Under the pieces are notes generated by a model that had not been told where the DNA came from, did no database searches, and saw nothing but the letters and a program-made list of their open reading frames with translations. The position numbers and the translations under genes were made by a program. DNA of 64,000 bases from an uncultured Verrucomicrobiota bacterium (lineage in GTDB: Bacteria; Verrucomicrobiota; Kiritimatiellia; CAIQIC01; Lenti-01): contig CALMBO010000028.1 of assembly GCA_937860055.1 (NCBI GenBank), forward strand, positions 21,881 through 85,880, read 5' to 3'. Below are positions 37,252 through 51,047 of this stretch, in pieces. Every line of letters begins with the position of its first letter. The stretch's first letter is position 1.

Positions 37252-37958
37252 CTCCGCAAGCCGTCATCTTGGTCGGGGGGCTGGGAACGCGCCTGGCCGA
37301 GGAGTTCCCCGACATCCCCAAGGGGCTCGTGCCCGTCAATGGCCGGCCTTTCCTCGAATGGCAGCTGGAGTGGCTCCGGCGCGGAGGCATCACGCGGATC
37401 CTCCTCGCGGCCGGGCACAAGGCCGAGGTGTTCGAGCGCTACCTCATGCACCGCCCGAGCGACGGCATGGTCATCGTCCTTTCCCGCGAACCCGGGCCCC
37501 TCGGCACCGGCGGCGCGCTCCGGTACGCCCACGCCCAGGACCTCCTCGCCAACGATCCCGTCCTGATCCTCAACGGCGACACGCTGATCCCGAACTTCGA
37601 CCTCTCTACGGTTTTCCACGGTGTGGAAAAAAGGTTTCCACCGTGTGGAAAAATCTTCGTCGCCCCCATCGAGAACGCCGGGCGCTACGGGACGGTGGAG
37701 TTCGGCGCGGACGGCATCGTGGCCGCTTTCCGGGAAAAGGCGAAGCGCGACGCCGGCTTCGTGAATGCGGGCATCTACCTGCTTCCGCTCGACCTCATCG
37801 CCTCCATCCCGCCGGGCCAGGCGGTCTCGATCGAGAAGGAGATCTTCCCGGAACTGGTCCGGCAGCGCCGGCTGGTGGCGGTCCCCGTTTCGCCGCCGCT
37901 GCTCGACATGGGCACGCTCGACGGCCTCGCCAAGATGGAAGCGTTCCTGCAGGCGTGA
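37248..37958 (+). CDS. Sugar-phosphate nucleotidyltransferase, HddC-like
   Basis: AVILVGGLGTRL, PKGLVPVNGRPFL, PLGTGGAL, LNGDT, FREK, VNAGIY, DMGT. Confidence 0.88.
   Translation: MTPQAVILVGGLGTRLAEEFPDIPKGLVPVNGRPFLEWQLEWLRRGGITRILLAAGHKAEVFERYLMHRPSDGMVIVLSREPGPLGTGGALRYAHAQDLLANDPVLILNGDTLIPNFDLSTVFHGVEKRFPPCGKIFVAPIENAGRYGTVEFGADGIVAAFREKAKRDAGFVNAGIYLLPLDLIASIPPGQAVSIEKEIFPELVRQRRLVAVPVSPPLLDMGTLDGLAKMEAFLQA
37612..37652. repeat. Two TTTCCA-N5-TGGAAA palindromes inside the HddC-like CDS
   Basis: ttttccacggtgtggaaaa-aagg-tttccaccgtgtggaaaa, same motif as 15928-16010. Confidence 0.75.
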
Positions 37959-37986
37959 GCCGCGTTCCCCCGCGCCGGAAAACCGC

Positions 37987-40611
<2,625 letters not shown>

Positions 40612-40781
40612 GGCATCCCGAATCCTTTCCGACGCCCAAGAATAGCGCAAGCCGGCGGGGATTTCAAATGCCGTCCGGAGGCGAAATCCCGAAATGGGCA
40701 GTTGCGGCGGAAACGCTCGGCGGCTATGCTGTAGGCAATCGGCATCCCCTACATGCCGGAGACAGGTTTCAAGGAAAACGA

Positions 40782-43700
40782 ATGAAGGCTCGAATGCTGC
40801 AGGAAGCAAAGCCTCAGCACGCGTTGGGCGTGATCGTGGGCGCCGCCGCATTGATGGTGCTGACCGCGATCTTCGCCGGCTGGGCCTTCTGGCGGCAGGA
40901 CCGCCTGATGCGCGAGGATCTGCTGCACCAGACCCGCCTGCTGGTGCAGACCCTCAACCCGAACAACCTGAAGAAGCTCGACGGGAACATCTCCGACGAG
41001 AACAAGCCGGAATACCGCCGCCTCAAGGCCCAGCTCATGGCGGCGCAGCAGATCGATCCCGACTGGCAGTGGATCTATCTGATGGGCCGCACGACCAACC
41101 GCACCGTCTTCTTCCAGATGGATTCCGAGGCCTACGACGCTCCCGACCCTTCTCCTCCGGGCCAGACCTACGAGGAAGCCACTGACACTCTCCACGGCGT
41201 GTTTGATGCCGGCCGGTCAACCGTCGAGGGGCCGGTGCCGGACCGCTGGGGCGTCTGGGTCAGCGCCTTCGTTCCGGTGAAGGATCCGCGGACCGGACGA
41301 TTGCTGTCCGTGGCGGGCATCGACATCGAGGCGAGCCGCTGGAACCGGATGCGGATGTGCGCCATGTGGATCCCGCTGGCCTCCGGACTGGCCCTGCTCG
41401 CCCTTTGGCTGGGGGGAAACTATCTGCTGGCCCTCCGGGCGCGGCTGGAGACCGGCCGGACCCGGATGTTCCGCTACCTGGAATCCTTCCTGGCCGCGGC
41501 CACCGGCCTGGTCCTGACCGCCACCATCGCCTGGCTGATCCACCAGATCGAAGTGCGCAACCAGCAGATCGCCTTCCGCCGGCTGGCCGACATCGAAGCC
41601 AATCCGATCTTCAGCATCGCCGAGGACCTCCGGAACCTGGAAATGAACGGGTTCGCCTCCTTCTTTGAAAGCAGCGACGAGGTGACCGACGAGGAATTCC
41701 GCCAGTACGCCGCGCATCTGTCCAGCATCTCGGAGGTGGTGTTCTGGGGATGGGCCGACACGGTGGAGGCGAAGGACCGGCCCGGGTTCGAGGCCGCCGC
41801 CGCCGCCAGAACAGACAAGCCGGACTACCACATCTGGGAACTGGACGCGACCGGCTCGTCTCAAACGGCGGCCGCCCGGGACCGGTACTATCCGATCGTC
41901 CACATGGCCCCGAGGGAAGAATACGATTTTGCCCTCGGCTATGACATCGGCTCGGCCACTCCGCAAGGCACCCTGGCGCTGGGATTCGCCCTCCAGACCC
42001 GCCTGCCCACCGCCATCGAACCGATCCCCATCCTGCAATCCCAATACCGCGGCAAAGTGCTGTGCCTGGTCCGCCGGGCCTCCCGGCCGGGCCATCCCAA
42101 GCGCCTCAACGGCCTCGTCGTGGCCGGCCTGAACATCCAGCGCTGGCTGAATGCCAGCCTGAACATGAATCCCGACCGCCGGCCCATGGCGACCCTCGAC
42201 CTGCTGGAAATGCGCCACGGGCTGTCCCCGGTCTGGCTCGGCACGACCGCGCAACGGGCGGGAAAAGAACCCCTGCTGGACCTGCAGCCCCTTCCCTCCG
42301 GAGCCATTGTCCGTCCCCTCCTCACCTTCGGGAAAACCTATGCGGTCGTGGCCCGGCCGACGGCGGCCTTCATCCGCCTCCAGAAATCGACGGTCTGGCT
42401 GGTGGCCCTGGTTGGCCTGATCCTCACCGGCACCAGCGCCTGGCTGCTCGGGTTTTTTGCCAACCGCCGAGAGAACCTGGCGCGCCTGGTGAACGAGCAG
42501 AGCCGCGACCTGGCCGCCAGCATGCACCACTACGGCTTGCTGGCAAAGCAGAGCCGGGTCATCACCTGGGAGCTCGACATCGACGGGTATTACGTCGACA
42601 TCAGCGACATGGCCGAGCTCATCCTCGGATACCGGCCGGACGAAATCATCGGCAAGCTGCATTTCTACGACCTGTGCCCGGACGAATACCGCGAGGAATT
42701 CAAGCGGGAGGGCTTGAAGCTCTTCCACGCCGGCCAGCCCGTCACGGACATGGTCAACGCCATGGTGGCCAAGTCGGGCAAGATCGTCTGGGTCTCCAGC
42801 AGCGCCATCCCCATCCGGGACGCGCAGGGCAACCTGACGGGATACTGGGGAACCGACACGGACATCACCGACCGGAAGCTCGCCGAAGAAGCCATGGAGC
42901 GGCTGGCCCGGGAAAAGCAGGAGGCGGCCGATCGCTACGCCGCCCTCATCAAGGCTTCGAACACCGGCGCCTGGGAATACGACGACTCGACCCGGCGGAT
43001 GTGGTGCAGTCCGGAATACTTCACCATGCTGGGCTACGACCCCCGCGAGTTCGACCTGCCCCCGGAACGGCAGACGGTCCAGTCCTTCTGGCTGGATCTG
43101 ATCCATCCCGGCGACCGGGAAGCCGCCGCCGGCTATCTGGCCAGCTATCTGGCCAACCCCGGACGGCCCTACGACTGTCGATTCCGCATGCAACGCAAGA
43201 ATGGCCAGTGGGCCTGGATCTGGTCGCGCGGCCAGATGCTGTCCGACAAGAACGGGAACCCCACCTCCCGGATCGTGGGCACCCACATCGACATCACCGA
43301 CAGCATGCACGCCGAGGAGGCGGTGCGCGAAAGCGAGCAGAAATACCGCATGCTGACGGAAAGCATGAAGGATGTGGTCTGGATCCTGGATGCCGAAACC
43401 CTGCGCTTCCTCTACGTGAGCCCGTCGGTCGAACGGCTGCGGGGATTCACCCCCGCCGAGGTCATGGCCGGCACCGTGGAGGCAACTCTGGCCCCGGGCC
43501 AGATCGGGAAGCTGCAGGAAATGCTCCGCGTGCATGCCGAAGAGTTCCGGCGAGGAAAAATCCAGTCCGATTCCTTCTTCGTCATCGAACTGCTCCAGCC
43601 CCGCAAGGACGGCACCATTGTCACCACCGAGGCGGTTGTCCGCTTCTGGCTGAACCGGCAGACCGGCCGCCTCGAACTCCACGGCGTCACCCGCGACATC

Positions 43701-46391
43701 ACCGACCGCAAACTCGCCGAGAAGGCCCTGGCGGACGCCGTGGAGCGCTACGACCTCCTGGCGAAGCAGAACCGCATCGTCACGTGGGCGATCGACCTCC
43801 AGGGACTCTATACCAGCCTGGGCCCCGAAACCCCCGCCGTCGCCGACTATTCCGCGGAAACCCTCGTCGGCAAGACCCATTTCTACGAGCTGCATCCGGA
43901 GGAGGGGCGCGAGGACTTCAAGGCGAAGGTGCTGGGATTCGTCAAACGGGGCGAACCCTTCCGGAACCTCGTCCATCCCGTGGTGACGGGCTCCGGCGGC
44001 ATCGTCTGGGTTTCCAGCAATGGAATCCCCATGCGCGACAGCCAGGGGAACATCGCGGGATCCTGGGGCACCAGCACCGACATCACCGACCTCCGCCGTG
44101 CCGAACAGGACTATCGCACGCTCTTCCAGAACATGATCGAGGGGTTCGCCCTCCACGAAATCGTCTGCGACGTCCGGGGCCGCCCCGTCGACTACCGCTT
44201 CCTGGCGGTCAACCCCGCCTTCGAACGGCTCACGGGATTGAAGGCCGCGGACATCATCGGCAAGACCGCTCGGGAAGTGCTGCCCAACCTCGAAGAAAGT
44301 TGGATCGAAACCTTCGGCAACGTGGTCCAGACCGGCCTGCCGGCGTTTTTCGACAACCACTCCACGCCGCTGGGCCGCCAGTTCGAGGTGACCGCCTTCC
44401 GGTCGGGGGCCGGCCAGTTCGCCTCCATTTTCAACGACATCACCGAACGAAACCTCATCGAAACCGAGCTGCGGGAAAGCCGCCGGCGCTATGCCGCGCT
44501 GCTGGCCAGCCTGCCCGGCATGGCCTACCGCTGCCGGAACGACCAGGACTGGACCATGGAATTTGCCAGCCAGGGTTCGCTGGAGCTGACCGGCTATGCC
44601 CCCGCCGACCTGGTCCAGAACAAGGTCATCTCCTTCAACAAGCTGATCCGCGCCCCCTATCGGGAACAGGTGTGGAACGATTGGCAGCAGGCCATCCGCG
44701 AACACCGCCGGTACGAGGGGGAATATGAAATCTCCACCCGCGACGGGGAAACCAAATGGGCATGGGAGCAGGGCGAGGCCATCTACGACGAGCAGGACCG
44801 CGTCGTCGCCCTGGAAGGCTTCATCTCCGACATCACCGCCCGCAAGCGCGCCGAAACCGAACGCGAGCAGCTGATCCGCGCCATCGAGCAGTCCGGGGAG
44901 ACGATCCTCATCACCGATCCCGATGGCACCATCCTCTATGTGAACCCCGCCTTCACCCGGATCACCGGCTACACCCGCGAGGAAGCCATCGGCCAGACCC
45001 CCCGCCTCCTGTCCAGCGGCAAGCACGACAAGGAATTCTACCGCGAGATGTGGAAAACCCTGGAGGCCGGCCAGACCTGGGAAGGCCAGCTCATCAACAA
45101 GCGCAAGGATGGCACGCTCTATACCGAACAGGCATCCATCTCGCCCGTGCGCGACATCGCCGGACGCATCGTCAACTTCGTCGCCGTCAAGCGCGACATC
45201 TCCCAGCAGCTCCGGGACCAGGAGGAAAAGGAAGCCTTGGAATCCCAGCTCGTGCATGCGCAGAAGCTGGAATCCGTGGGCCGCCTCGCGGGCGGCGTGG
45301 CCCACGACTTCAACAACATGCTCCAAGCCATCCTCGGCTACACCGAGATCGCCATCGAACAGGTGCCGGTGGGCCAGCCCCTCCATGCCGATCTCCTCGA
45401 GATCCAGAAGGCCGCCCAGCGTTCCACCTCCCTGACCCGCCAGCTCCAGACATTCGCGCGGAAACAGGTTTCCTCCCCCCGCGTGCTGAACATCAACGAG
45501 GCCGTCGAAGGCATGTCCGCCATGTTGCGGCGCCTGATCGGCGAAGGGGTCCAGCTGGTCTGGAAGCCCGGCAAGGATCTCGGCACCGTCAAGATCGACC
45601 CCAGCCAGCTCGACCAGATCGTGGCCAACCTCTGCATCAACGCCCGCGATGCCATCGGCAAGGAAGGCCATATCACCCTCGAAACCGGCAACGCGGAGAT
45701 CCCCGATGCCGGAGGGCGCCCCCATGGCGACATTGCCCCCGGCTCCTACACCCTGCTCACCGTCCGCGACGACGGCTGCGGCATGAGACCGGATGTGCTC
45801 GAACATATTTTCGAACCGTTCTTCACCACCAAGCCGATCGGCAAGGGCACCGGCCTTGGCCTCTCCACCGTCTACGGCATCGTCAAGCAGAACCACGGCG
45901 CCATCCTCGTGGACAGCGCGGAGGGAAAGGGTTCCACCTTCCGGATCTACCTCCCCCGATACACGGGAGAGGAGGAAACCCCCGCCGGACCGGCCGAAAA
46001 GGAGACCCTGGCCTCCTCCCGGCACGAAGTCATCCTGCTCGTCGAGGACGAGGAAACCATCCTCCGCACCACCCGCCGGATCCTCGAATCCCTCGGCTAC
46101 AAGGTACTGGCAACCCCTTCCCCCAAAGAGGCCATCCAGCTCTTCGAAAGCCACAAGGGGCGGATCGACCTGCTGCTCACCGATGTGATCATGCCCGGCA
46201 TGAACGGCCCGGAACTGGTCCGGCACCTGCTGGAGAAGCACCCCCGGCTCAAGTACCTGTTCATGTCGGGCTACACCGCCAACCTGCTGGCGGAACAGGG
46301 GGTCAAGGAAAACAACGCGGACTTCATCCAGAAGCCGTTTTCCAGGAAAATGCTCGCGGAAAAGGTGAAGTCCGCCATCGGGCGGAGATAG
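40782..46391 (+). CDS. Hybrid sensor histidine kinase (periplasmic sensor, CHASE-like, ~7 PAS, HisKA, HATPase, REC)
   Basis: Repeated DITDRK/DITER PAC ends, [11 protein letters not shown]-box, [35 protein letters not shown]. Confidence 0.93.
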   Translation: MKARMLQEAKPQHALGVIVGAAALMVLTAIFAGWAFWRQDRLMREDLLHQTRLLVQTLNPNNLKKLDGNISDENKPEYRRLKAQLMAAQQIDPDWQWIYLMGRTTNRTVFFQMDSEAYDAPDPSPPGQTYEEATDTLHGVFDAGRSTVEGPVPDRWGVWVSAFVPVKDPRTGRLLSVAGIDIEASRWNRMRMCAMWIPLASGLALLALWLGGNYLLALRARLETGRTRMFRYLESFLAAATGLVLTATIAWLIHQIEVRNQQIAFRRLADIEANPIFSIAEDLRNLEMNGFASFFESSDEVTDEEFRQYAAHLSSISEVVFWGWADTVEAKDRPGFEAAAAARTDKPDYHIWELDATGSSQTAAARDRYYPIVHMAPREEYDFALGYDIGSATPQGTLALGFALQTRLPTAIEPIPILQSQYRGKVLCLVRRASRPGHPKRLNGLVVAGLNIQRWLNASLNMNPDRRPMATLDLLEMRHGLSPVWLGTTAQRAGKEPLLDLQPLPSGAIVRPLLTFGKTYAVVARPTAAFIRLQKSTVWLVALVGLILTGTSAWLLGFFANRRENLARLVNEQSRDLAASMHHYGLLAKQSRVITWELDIDGYYVDISDMAELILGYRPDEIIGKLHFYDLCPDEYREEFKREGLKLFHAGQPVTDMVNAMVAKSGKIVWVSSSAIPIRDAQGNLTGYWGTDTDITDRKLAEEAMERLAREKQEAADRYAALIKASNTGAWEYDDSTRRMWCSPEYFTMLGYDPREFDLPPERQTVQSFWLDLIHPGDREAAAGYLASYLANPGRPYDCRFRMQRKNGQWAWIWSRGQMLSDKNGNPTSRIVGTHIDITDSMHAEEAVRESEQKYRMLTESMKDVVWILDAETLRFLYVSPSVERLRGFTPAEVMAGTVEATLAPGQIGKLQEMLRVHAEEFRRGKIQSDSFFVIELLQPRKDGTIVTTEAVVRFWLNRQTGRLELHGVTRDITDRKLAEKALADAVERYDLLAKQNRIVTWAIDLQGLYTSLGPETPAVADYSAETLVGKTHFYELHPEEGREDFKAKVLGFVKRGEPFRNLVHPVVTGSGGIVWVSSNGIPMRDSQGNIAGSWGTSTDITDLRRAEQDYRTLFQNMIEGFALHEIVCDVRGRPVDYRFLAVNPAFERLTGLKAADIIGKTAREVLPNLEESWIETFGNVVQTGLPAFFDNHSTPLGRQFEVTAFRSGAGQFASIFNDITERNLIETELRESRRRYAALLASLPGMAYRCRNDQDWTMEFASQGSLELTGYAPADLVQNKVISFNKLIRAPYREQVWNDWQQAIREHRRYEGEYEISTRDGETKWAWEQGEAIYDEQDRVVALEGFISDITARKRAETEREQLIRAIEQSGETILITDPDGTILYVNPAFTRITGYTREEAIGQTPRLLSSGKHDKEFYREMWKTLEAGQTWEGQLINKRKDGTLYTEQASISPVRDIAGRIVNFVAVKRDISQQLRDQEEKEALESQLVHAQKLESVGRLAGGVAHDFNNMLQAILGYTEIAIEQVPVGQPLHADLLEIQKAAQRSTSLTRQLQTFARKQVSSPRVLNINEAVEGMSAMLRRLIGEGVQLVWKPGKDLGTVKIDPSQLDQIVANLCINARDAIGKEGHITLETGNAEIPDAGGRPHGDIAPGSYTLLTVRDDGCGMRPDVLEHIFEPFFTTKPIGKGTGLGLSTVYGIVKQNHGAILVDSAEGKGSTFRIYLPRYTGEEETPAGPAEKETLASSRHEVILLVEDEETILRTTRRILESLGYKVLATPSPKEAIQLFESHKGRIDLLLTDVIMPGMNGPELVRHLLEKHPRLKYLFMSGYTANLLAEQGVKENNADFIQKPFSRKMLAEKVKSAIGRR

Positions 46392-46404
46392 CCCCGCCGG
46401 GACT

Positions 46405-47190
46405 TCACACCCCCGGAACCGGCGGGAGATGGACCGCCACGCCCTGGCCGGAAAGGTAGGCCTTGACCTGGCGCACGGTGAAGATCCCGAAATGGAAAAC
46501 GCTGGCGGCCAGCAAGGTGCTGGCATGGCCTTCCTTCACCGCTTCCAGGAAATGGATCAGCTTGCCCGCCCCCCCGCTGGCCACCGTGGGCAAACGGGTC
46601 GCATCGGCGATGCCGCGGATGAGATCCAGGTCGTAGCCGCGCTTGGAGCCGTCGCCCAGCTTGCTGGTCGGGAGCATCGTCCCCGCGCCCAGGTCCGCCA
46701 TCTTCTTCGCGAATTCCACCGCATCCGCCCCGGTCGGCGTGCGGCCGCCATCGATATACACCTCCCGCTTCGAGGGAAGCTTTGCATTGCGGTCCGCATC
46801 GATCGCCACCACGATGGCCTTGCCCCCGAACCGCTTCACGGCCTCGGCCACGAAAGCCGGATCGCGGAAAGCCGCCGAGGAAATGCTCACCTTCTTCGCT
46901 CCGGCCTCCAGCGCCGATTCCACATCGGCCAGCGACCGGATCCCCCCCCCGACCGTCACCGGGATCTTCACGGCGGAGGTCACGCGCCGAAGCACGTCGA
47001 ACATCGTGCGGCGCTTCTCGACCGTGGCGGTGATGTCGAGGAACCCAAGCTCGTCCGCCCCGTCGGCTTCATAGGCCGTGGCGCAGGCCACCGGATCGCC
47101 GGCATCGACCAGATCCACGAAATGGATCCCCTTGACCACCCGGCCCTCTCGCATGTCCAGGCACGGCATGATGCTGACGGTTCGCTTCAT
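46405..47190 (-). CDS. hisF: Imidazole glycerol phosphate synthase cyclase subunit
   Basis: PCLDMREGRVVKG, DAGDPV, FLDITA, VGGGIRS, ASGGAG, LAASVFH. Confidence 0.93.
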   Translation of the reverse strand: MKRTVSIMPCLDMREGRVVKGIHFVDLVDAGDPVACATAYEADGADELGFLDITATVEKRRTMFDVLRRVTSAVKIPVTVGGGIRSLADVESALEAGAKKVSISSAAFRDPAFVAEAVKRFGGKAIVVAIDADRNAKLPSKREVYIDGGRTPTGADAVEFAKKMADLGAGTMLPTSKLGDGSKRGYDLDLIRGIADATRLPTVASGGAGKLIHFLEAVKEGHASTLLAASVFHFGIFTVRQVKAYLSGQGVAVHLPPVPGV

Positions 47191-47263
47191 CTTTCCACCC
47201 CTTTGCGGTCATTCCCAGACCTGACGGGGGGAAACATACTCCTCTTTCCCTTCCCGGGCAAAG

Positions 47264-47292
47264 AAAAACGCCGCAGGGAAAACCCTGCGGCG
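47264..47292 (-). terminator. Rho-independent terminator
   Basis: Stem CGCCGCAGGG-aaaa-CCCTGCGGCG (47269-47292); A-run 47264-47268 is a U-tract on the minus strand, downstream of the DUF2934 gene. Confidence 0.75.
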
Positions 47293-47323
47293 GTCTCGAT
47301 CCCTCTTCGGGAAAGGGAGTGGA

Positions 47324-47575
47324 TCAGTTCAACTTGGTGTTGATTTCGGCCTCGGCCAAAGACCAGAAATAGGCGCTGTCGCCATTGAAACCATGGCGCT
47401 CGGCGATGTAGTACGCCGCTTCCTCGATCATCTTGTAGCGCTGTTCCGGGTTGACCGGCTTGCTCTGGACGGCGGCCTTGGGAGCCACCTTCACAACCGG
47501 CTTTTTGCCCGAAGCGGCCTTGGGCGCCGCTTTCGGAGCCACCTTCTTGGCGGACGATTTCTTGATTTCCTTCAT
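47324..47575 (-). CDS. DUF2934 small protein with Lys/Ala-rich N-terminus
   Basis: RYKMIEEAAYYIAERHGF...WSLAEAEI; GGAG SD upstream. Confidence 0.85.
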   Translation of the reverse strand: MKEIKKSSAKKVAPKAAPKAASGKKPVVKVAPKAAVQSKPVNPEQRYKMIEEAAYYIAERHGFNGDSAYFWSLAEAEINTKLN

Positions 47576-47944
47576 CTTCTACTCCTTGCTCCGGGGCGGA
47601 TCCGAAGCGTTGCGGGTTCACTTTTCCTGCCCCCCACAGCGGGGTGCAAATCTGCGCGAACTCTATTTCACATGGGGGGGATTGCAAGTCCTTTTTCTCC
47701 CTCCGCCATCGGAAGAAACCCGTTGGGAAACCTATCCATTACGCGCATCTTTCGAATGGACAGGCAGATAGGGAAATCTAAAAGATAAATCGTTTTACCC
47801 TGAATATTTTTGATTCGTGCGCTGGATTTTTTAATCCAAATGGCGGAAATCGATAAAAACCGGGCTTTGACAATTTTCCCAAGGCCATCCCTTTTATTCC
47901 AAAAATGAGAGGAATCCGGCCGTCCAAAGCGCTGGTTCGCCGTT

Positions 47945-48664
47945 CTAAGGCCGTTCCCGGGAATCCAACCCGTCCAACGCGCACCGGGCGGCATTCATCT
48001 CCGCCTCGCGCTTGCTGGCGCCCTCTCCCTCCCCCATCCGGTCTTCTCCCCAAAAGACCGCCGCCTTGAAGTGGCGGGCATGGGAGGGCCCGCTTTCCTC
48101 GACCAGCTCGTAGCGGGGGCTTTCCTTCCTCTCCCGCTGCATCCGCTCCTGCAGCTCCCCCTTGGGATTGTCGTCTCCCCCGGCCTCGACCGCCTCGGCG
48201 ATCTCGGCGGCAAACCACGTTGCAAACACTTCGCGCACCGGACCGGCCCCCCCATCGAGCCAAAGCGCGCCCAGCACCGCTTCGAGCGCATCGGCCAGCA
48301 GCGCACCCTTGTCCCTCCCCCCGCTTTGTTCCTCTCCCCGCCCCAGCCGCAGGAAATCCCCCAGCTCCAGCTTGCGCGCCACCCGCGCCAGCGCGGCGGC
48401 GTTCGTCAGGCGGCTGCGCACCTTGGTCAACGTGCCCTCCCGCCAGTCGCTCCGGTGCGCCACGAGCCACTCGGCCGAAACCGCTCCCAGCACCGCATCG
48501 CCCAGGAATTCCAGCCGCTGGCTCTCCGCCAGCTCCGGCCGTCCCGTCTCCGCCGAATGCGAACGGTGGGTCAGCGCCGCCTCCAGGAGCTCCGGCCGCT
48601 GGAACACATGCCCCAGGCGCATTTCCAGCTCCTGCTGTTCGGGTCCGGAAGAGTCCATGCTCAT
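47945..48664 (-). CDS. rnc: Ribonuclease III
   Basis: ALTHRS, QRLEFLGDAVL, ADALEAVLGALWLDGG, dsRBD GPSHARHF..SKREAE. Confidence 0.95.
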   Translation of the reverse strand: MSMDSSGPEQQELEMRLGHVFQRPELLEAALTHRSHSAETGRPELAESQRLEFLGDAVLGAVSAEWLVAHRSDWREGTLTKVRSRLTNAAALARVARKLELGDFLRLGRGEEQSGGRDKGALLADALEAVLGALWLDGGAGPVREVFATWFAAEIAEAVEAGGDDNPKGELQERMQRERKESPRYELVEESGPSHARHFKAAVFWGEDRMGEGEGASKREAEMNAARCALDGLDSRERP

Positions 48665-49554
48665 GCCCTCGGATGGTATTGGTGGTGGACCGACTGCAAC
48701 CGGCCCTGGTCCACATGCGTATAGATCTGCGTCGTCGAGATGTCCGCGTGCCCGAGCATCTCCTGGATCACCCGCAGCGAGGCCCCGTTGGCCAGGAGGT
48801 GCGAGGCGAAGGAATGCCGCAGCGTGTGCGGCGAGATTTCCTTGCGGATGCCCGCGCGCCGCGCATAGGTCCGGATGTGCCGCCACAGCGTGATGCGCGT
48901 CAGGGGCTTTCCCTGCCGCGACAGGAACACCGCGCGGCTGGCGCCTCCGCCTTTCGCGGCGTAGGCGGGCCGGCCGCGCTCCAGCCACGCCTGCACCGCG
49001 GACATCGCCCGCCCCCCGATGGGCACCACGCGCTCCTTGTCGCCCTTGCCCACGCACCGGATGTATTCCGCGTCGAAATGCAGCGATTCCAGCGCCAGCC
49101 CCGCCAGTTCGCTCACCCGCAGGCCCGTCGCATAGAAGGTTTCCAGGATCGCCCGGTCGCGCAAGCCGCGCGGCGTGGAAACATCGGGCGCGGCGAGCAG
49201 GCGATCCACCTCGTCCACCGTCAGCGTCGGCGGCAGGATCTTCCACAGCCGCGGCGAATCCATCGCGTCGGCCACGTTCGTCGCCAGCAGTCCCTCGCGC
49301 GAAAGATGCCGGAAAAAGACCTTGATGGCGACCAGGCGCCTCGCGAGGCTCGGGGCCGCCAGCCCCTTCTGCTTGCCCTCCATCAGGAAATCGAGGATGT
49401 CGCGCCGTTCCACCTCCTGGATGCCGGCGCGGCCCTTCCGCGACAGGAACGCCAGGAATTCGGACAGGTCGTGCCCATAGCCCAGCCGCGTGTTCGGACT
49501 CAGCCCGCGCTCCAGCGCCAGGTAGTCCATGAACTGGTCGAGCAGGAAGCGCAT
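48661..49554 (-). CDS. xerD: Tyrosine recombinase XerD
   Basis: ERGLSPNT, RDRAILETFYATGLRVSEL, GKGDKER, SPHTLRHSFASHLL, LGHADISTTQIYTHV, HPRA. Confidence 0.93.
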   Translation of the reverse strand: MRFLLDQFMDYLALERGLSPNTRLGYGHDLSEFLAFLSRKGRAGIQEVERRDILDFLMEGKQKGLAAPSLARRLVAIKVFFRHLSREGLLATNVADAMDSPRLWKILPPTLTVDEVDRLLAAPDVSTPRGLRDRAILETFYATGLRVSELAGLALESLHFDAEYIRCVGKGDKERVVPIGGRAMSAVQAWLERGRPAYAAKGGGASRAVFLSRQGKPLTRITLWRHIRTYARRAGIRKEISPHTLRHSFASHLLANGASLRVIQEMLGHADISTTQIYTHVDQGRLQSVHHQYHPRA

Positions 49555-49565
49555 CGAACCGGGTT

Positions 49566-51047
49566 TCAGGAATCCAGGTGCGAACGCCGGGCCCAGTCCG
49601 CCAGCAAACGCGCGCAGGCCAGCGTCGCGCCGGGCGCGCCGTAGGGCTTCGCCGATTCCAGATAGGCCGTTCCCGCGATGTCCAGATGCGCCCACGGAAC
49701 GGCTTCCGGCACGAAGTGCTTCAGGAACGCCCCCCCGGCGATGGTGCCGGCGGATCCGTCGCCCATGTTCTTCAGGTCCGCGAACTGCCCCTTGAGCATC
49801 TCGTCGTACTCGGGCCAAAGCGGCAGCTGCCAGAGGCGCTCGCCCGTGGCCTCGCCCGACAGCATCAGGTCCAGCACCAGCCGGTCGTCGTTGCCCATCA
49901 CCGCCGTGACCTCGTGCCCCAGGGCGATCACCGCCGCGCCCGTCAGGGTCGCGATGTCCACGATCGCCGCCGGCTTCTCCTCCGCCGCGAACGACAGCGC
50001 GTCGGCCAGGATCAGCCGCCCCTCCGCGTCGGTGTTCAGGATCTCGATCGTCTTCCCGTTGCGCGCCTTCACGATGTCTCCCGGCCGCGTTGCGCCGCCG
50101 CCCGGCATGTTCTCGACCGCCGGGATATACGCGACCACGGGGCGCGGCAACTTCAGGCGCGCCGCCAGCAGCACCGTCGCAAGCGCGGCCATGCCGCCGC
50201 TCTTGTCGTACTTCATCCACTCCATGTTCTTGCCCGGCTTGAGGCTGATGCCGCCCGAATCGAACATCACCGCCTTGCCCACCACCACCAGCGGCTTCAG
50301 GCCGCGCCGCCCCGCGTGGGCCAGGCGGATCAGGCACCCCGGCCGCCGGCTTCCCTGCGCCACCGCCAGCAGCGCGCCGCATTTTTCCCTGGCCAGCGCG
50401 GCCATGTCCCAGACACGGCACGAAATCCCGGCGCTCCGCGCCAGCTTCTTCGCCCGCGCCGCCAGATCCATCGGCCCCAGCTCGTTCGCCGGCAGGTTCG
50501 CCAAGTCGCGAACCTCCCGCAACGTCCCGCCCGCGATCTCCGCGCGGCGCACCGCCTCGCGCACGGCCTTCCCGGAAAGCGCCGCGCCGGCGAATTCGAA
50601 AACAAAGGAATGCTCTTTCCGGCTGGCCCGGAACGCCTCGAACACATACTCGCCCGACAGCAACCCCGCCGCCGCCAGTTCCGCCAGCTCCGCCGCATCC
50701 ATCGGGAACGCCGCGGCCGCCGGCCATTCGAACGAAGCCCGCCGCACGATCGCCGCCTTCTCCAGCGCGCGCCCCGCCGCCGCCCACGCGCGCAGCCAGC
50801 GCGCCGCGTGGAAATCCTTCTTCTTCCCGATGCCGACCAGCAGCGTCGGCAAGGACACTCCCTGCGGCCATGCCGTGGCCGCCGCCTTCCCCCTGAATTT
50901 CGCCGCCCCGATCCACGCTTCCAGCGCGCGCCGGTCCGCCGCCGGCAACGAAGACGGCGCCAGCAGCTTCCCGTCCTGCACCAGCACCGTCCGGGCGTCC
51001 GCCGCCGACGGCCGCAATCCCCACTGGAACCCGATCGACGGTCTCAT
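49566..51047 (-). CDS. pepA: Leucyl aminopeptidase (M17)
   Basis: GKAVMFDSGG, MKYDKSG, NTDAEGRL, DIATLTGA, HLDIAGT. Confidence 0.93.
   Translation of the reverse strand: MRPSIGFQWGLRPSAADARTVLVQDGKLLAPSSLPAADRRALEAWIGAAKFRGKAAATAWPQGVSLPTLLVGIGKKKDFHAARWLRAWAAAGRALEKAAIVRRASFEWPAAAAFPMDAAELAELAAAGLLSGEYVFEAFRASRKEHSFVFEFAGAALSGKAVREAVRRAEIAGGTLREVRDLANLPANELGPMDLAARAKKLARSAGISCRVWDMAALAREKCGALLAVAQGSRRPGCLIRLAHAGRRGLKPLVVVGKAVMFDSGGISLKPGKNMEWMKYDKSGGMAALATVLLAARLKLPRPVVAYIPAVENMPGGGATRPGDIVKARNGKTIEILNTDAEGRLILADALSFAAEEKPAAIVDIATLTGAAVIALGHEVTAVMGNDDRLVLDLMLSGEATGERLWQLPLWPEYDEMLKGQFADLKNMGDGSAGTIAGGAFLKHFVPEAVPWAHLDIAGTAYLESAKPYGAPGATLACARLLADWARRSHLDS

Noticed and set aside
40612..40781. 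CIRCE heat-shock operator upstream of clpB
   Set aside because: No TTAGCACTC-N9-GAGTGCTAA match seen.
41217..46526. 1769-aa minus-strand ORF, and similar long ORFs such as 37765-40734, 49678-53307, 55814-59557 and 27728-30499
   Set aside because: Antisense or off-frame shadows of recognisable genes, expected in high-GC DNA; no protein motifs.
47641..47665. Sigma-54 promoter (TTTGCA -12-like on the minus strand)
   Set aside because: The required GG at -24 is absent (TC instead).
48661..49554. Phage or island integrase
   Set aside because: Typical XerD length and motifs among housekeeping genes; no att repeats, tRNA or phage genes nearby.
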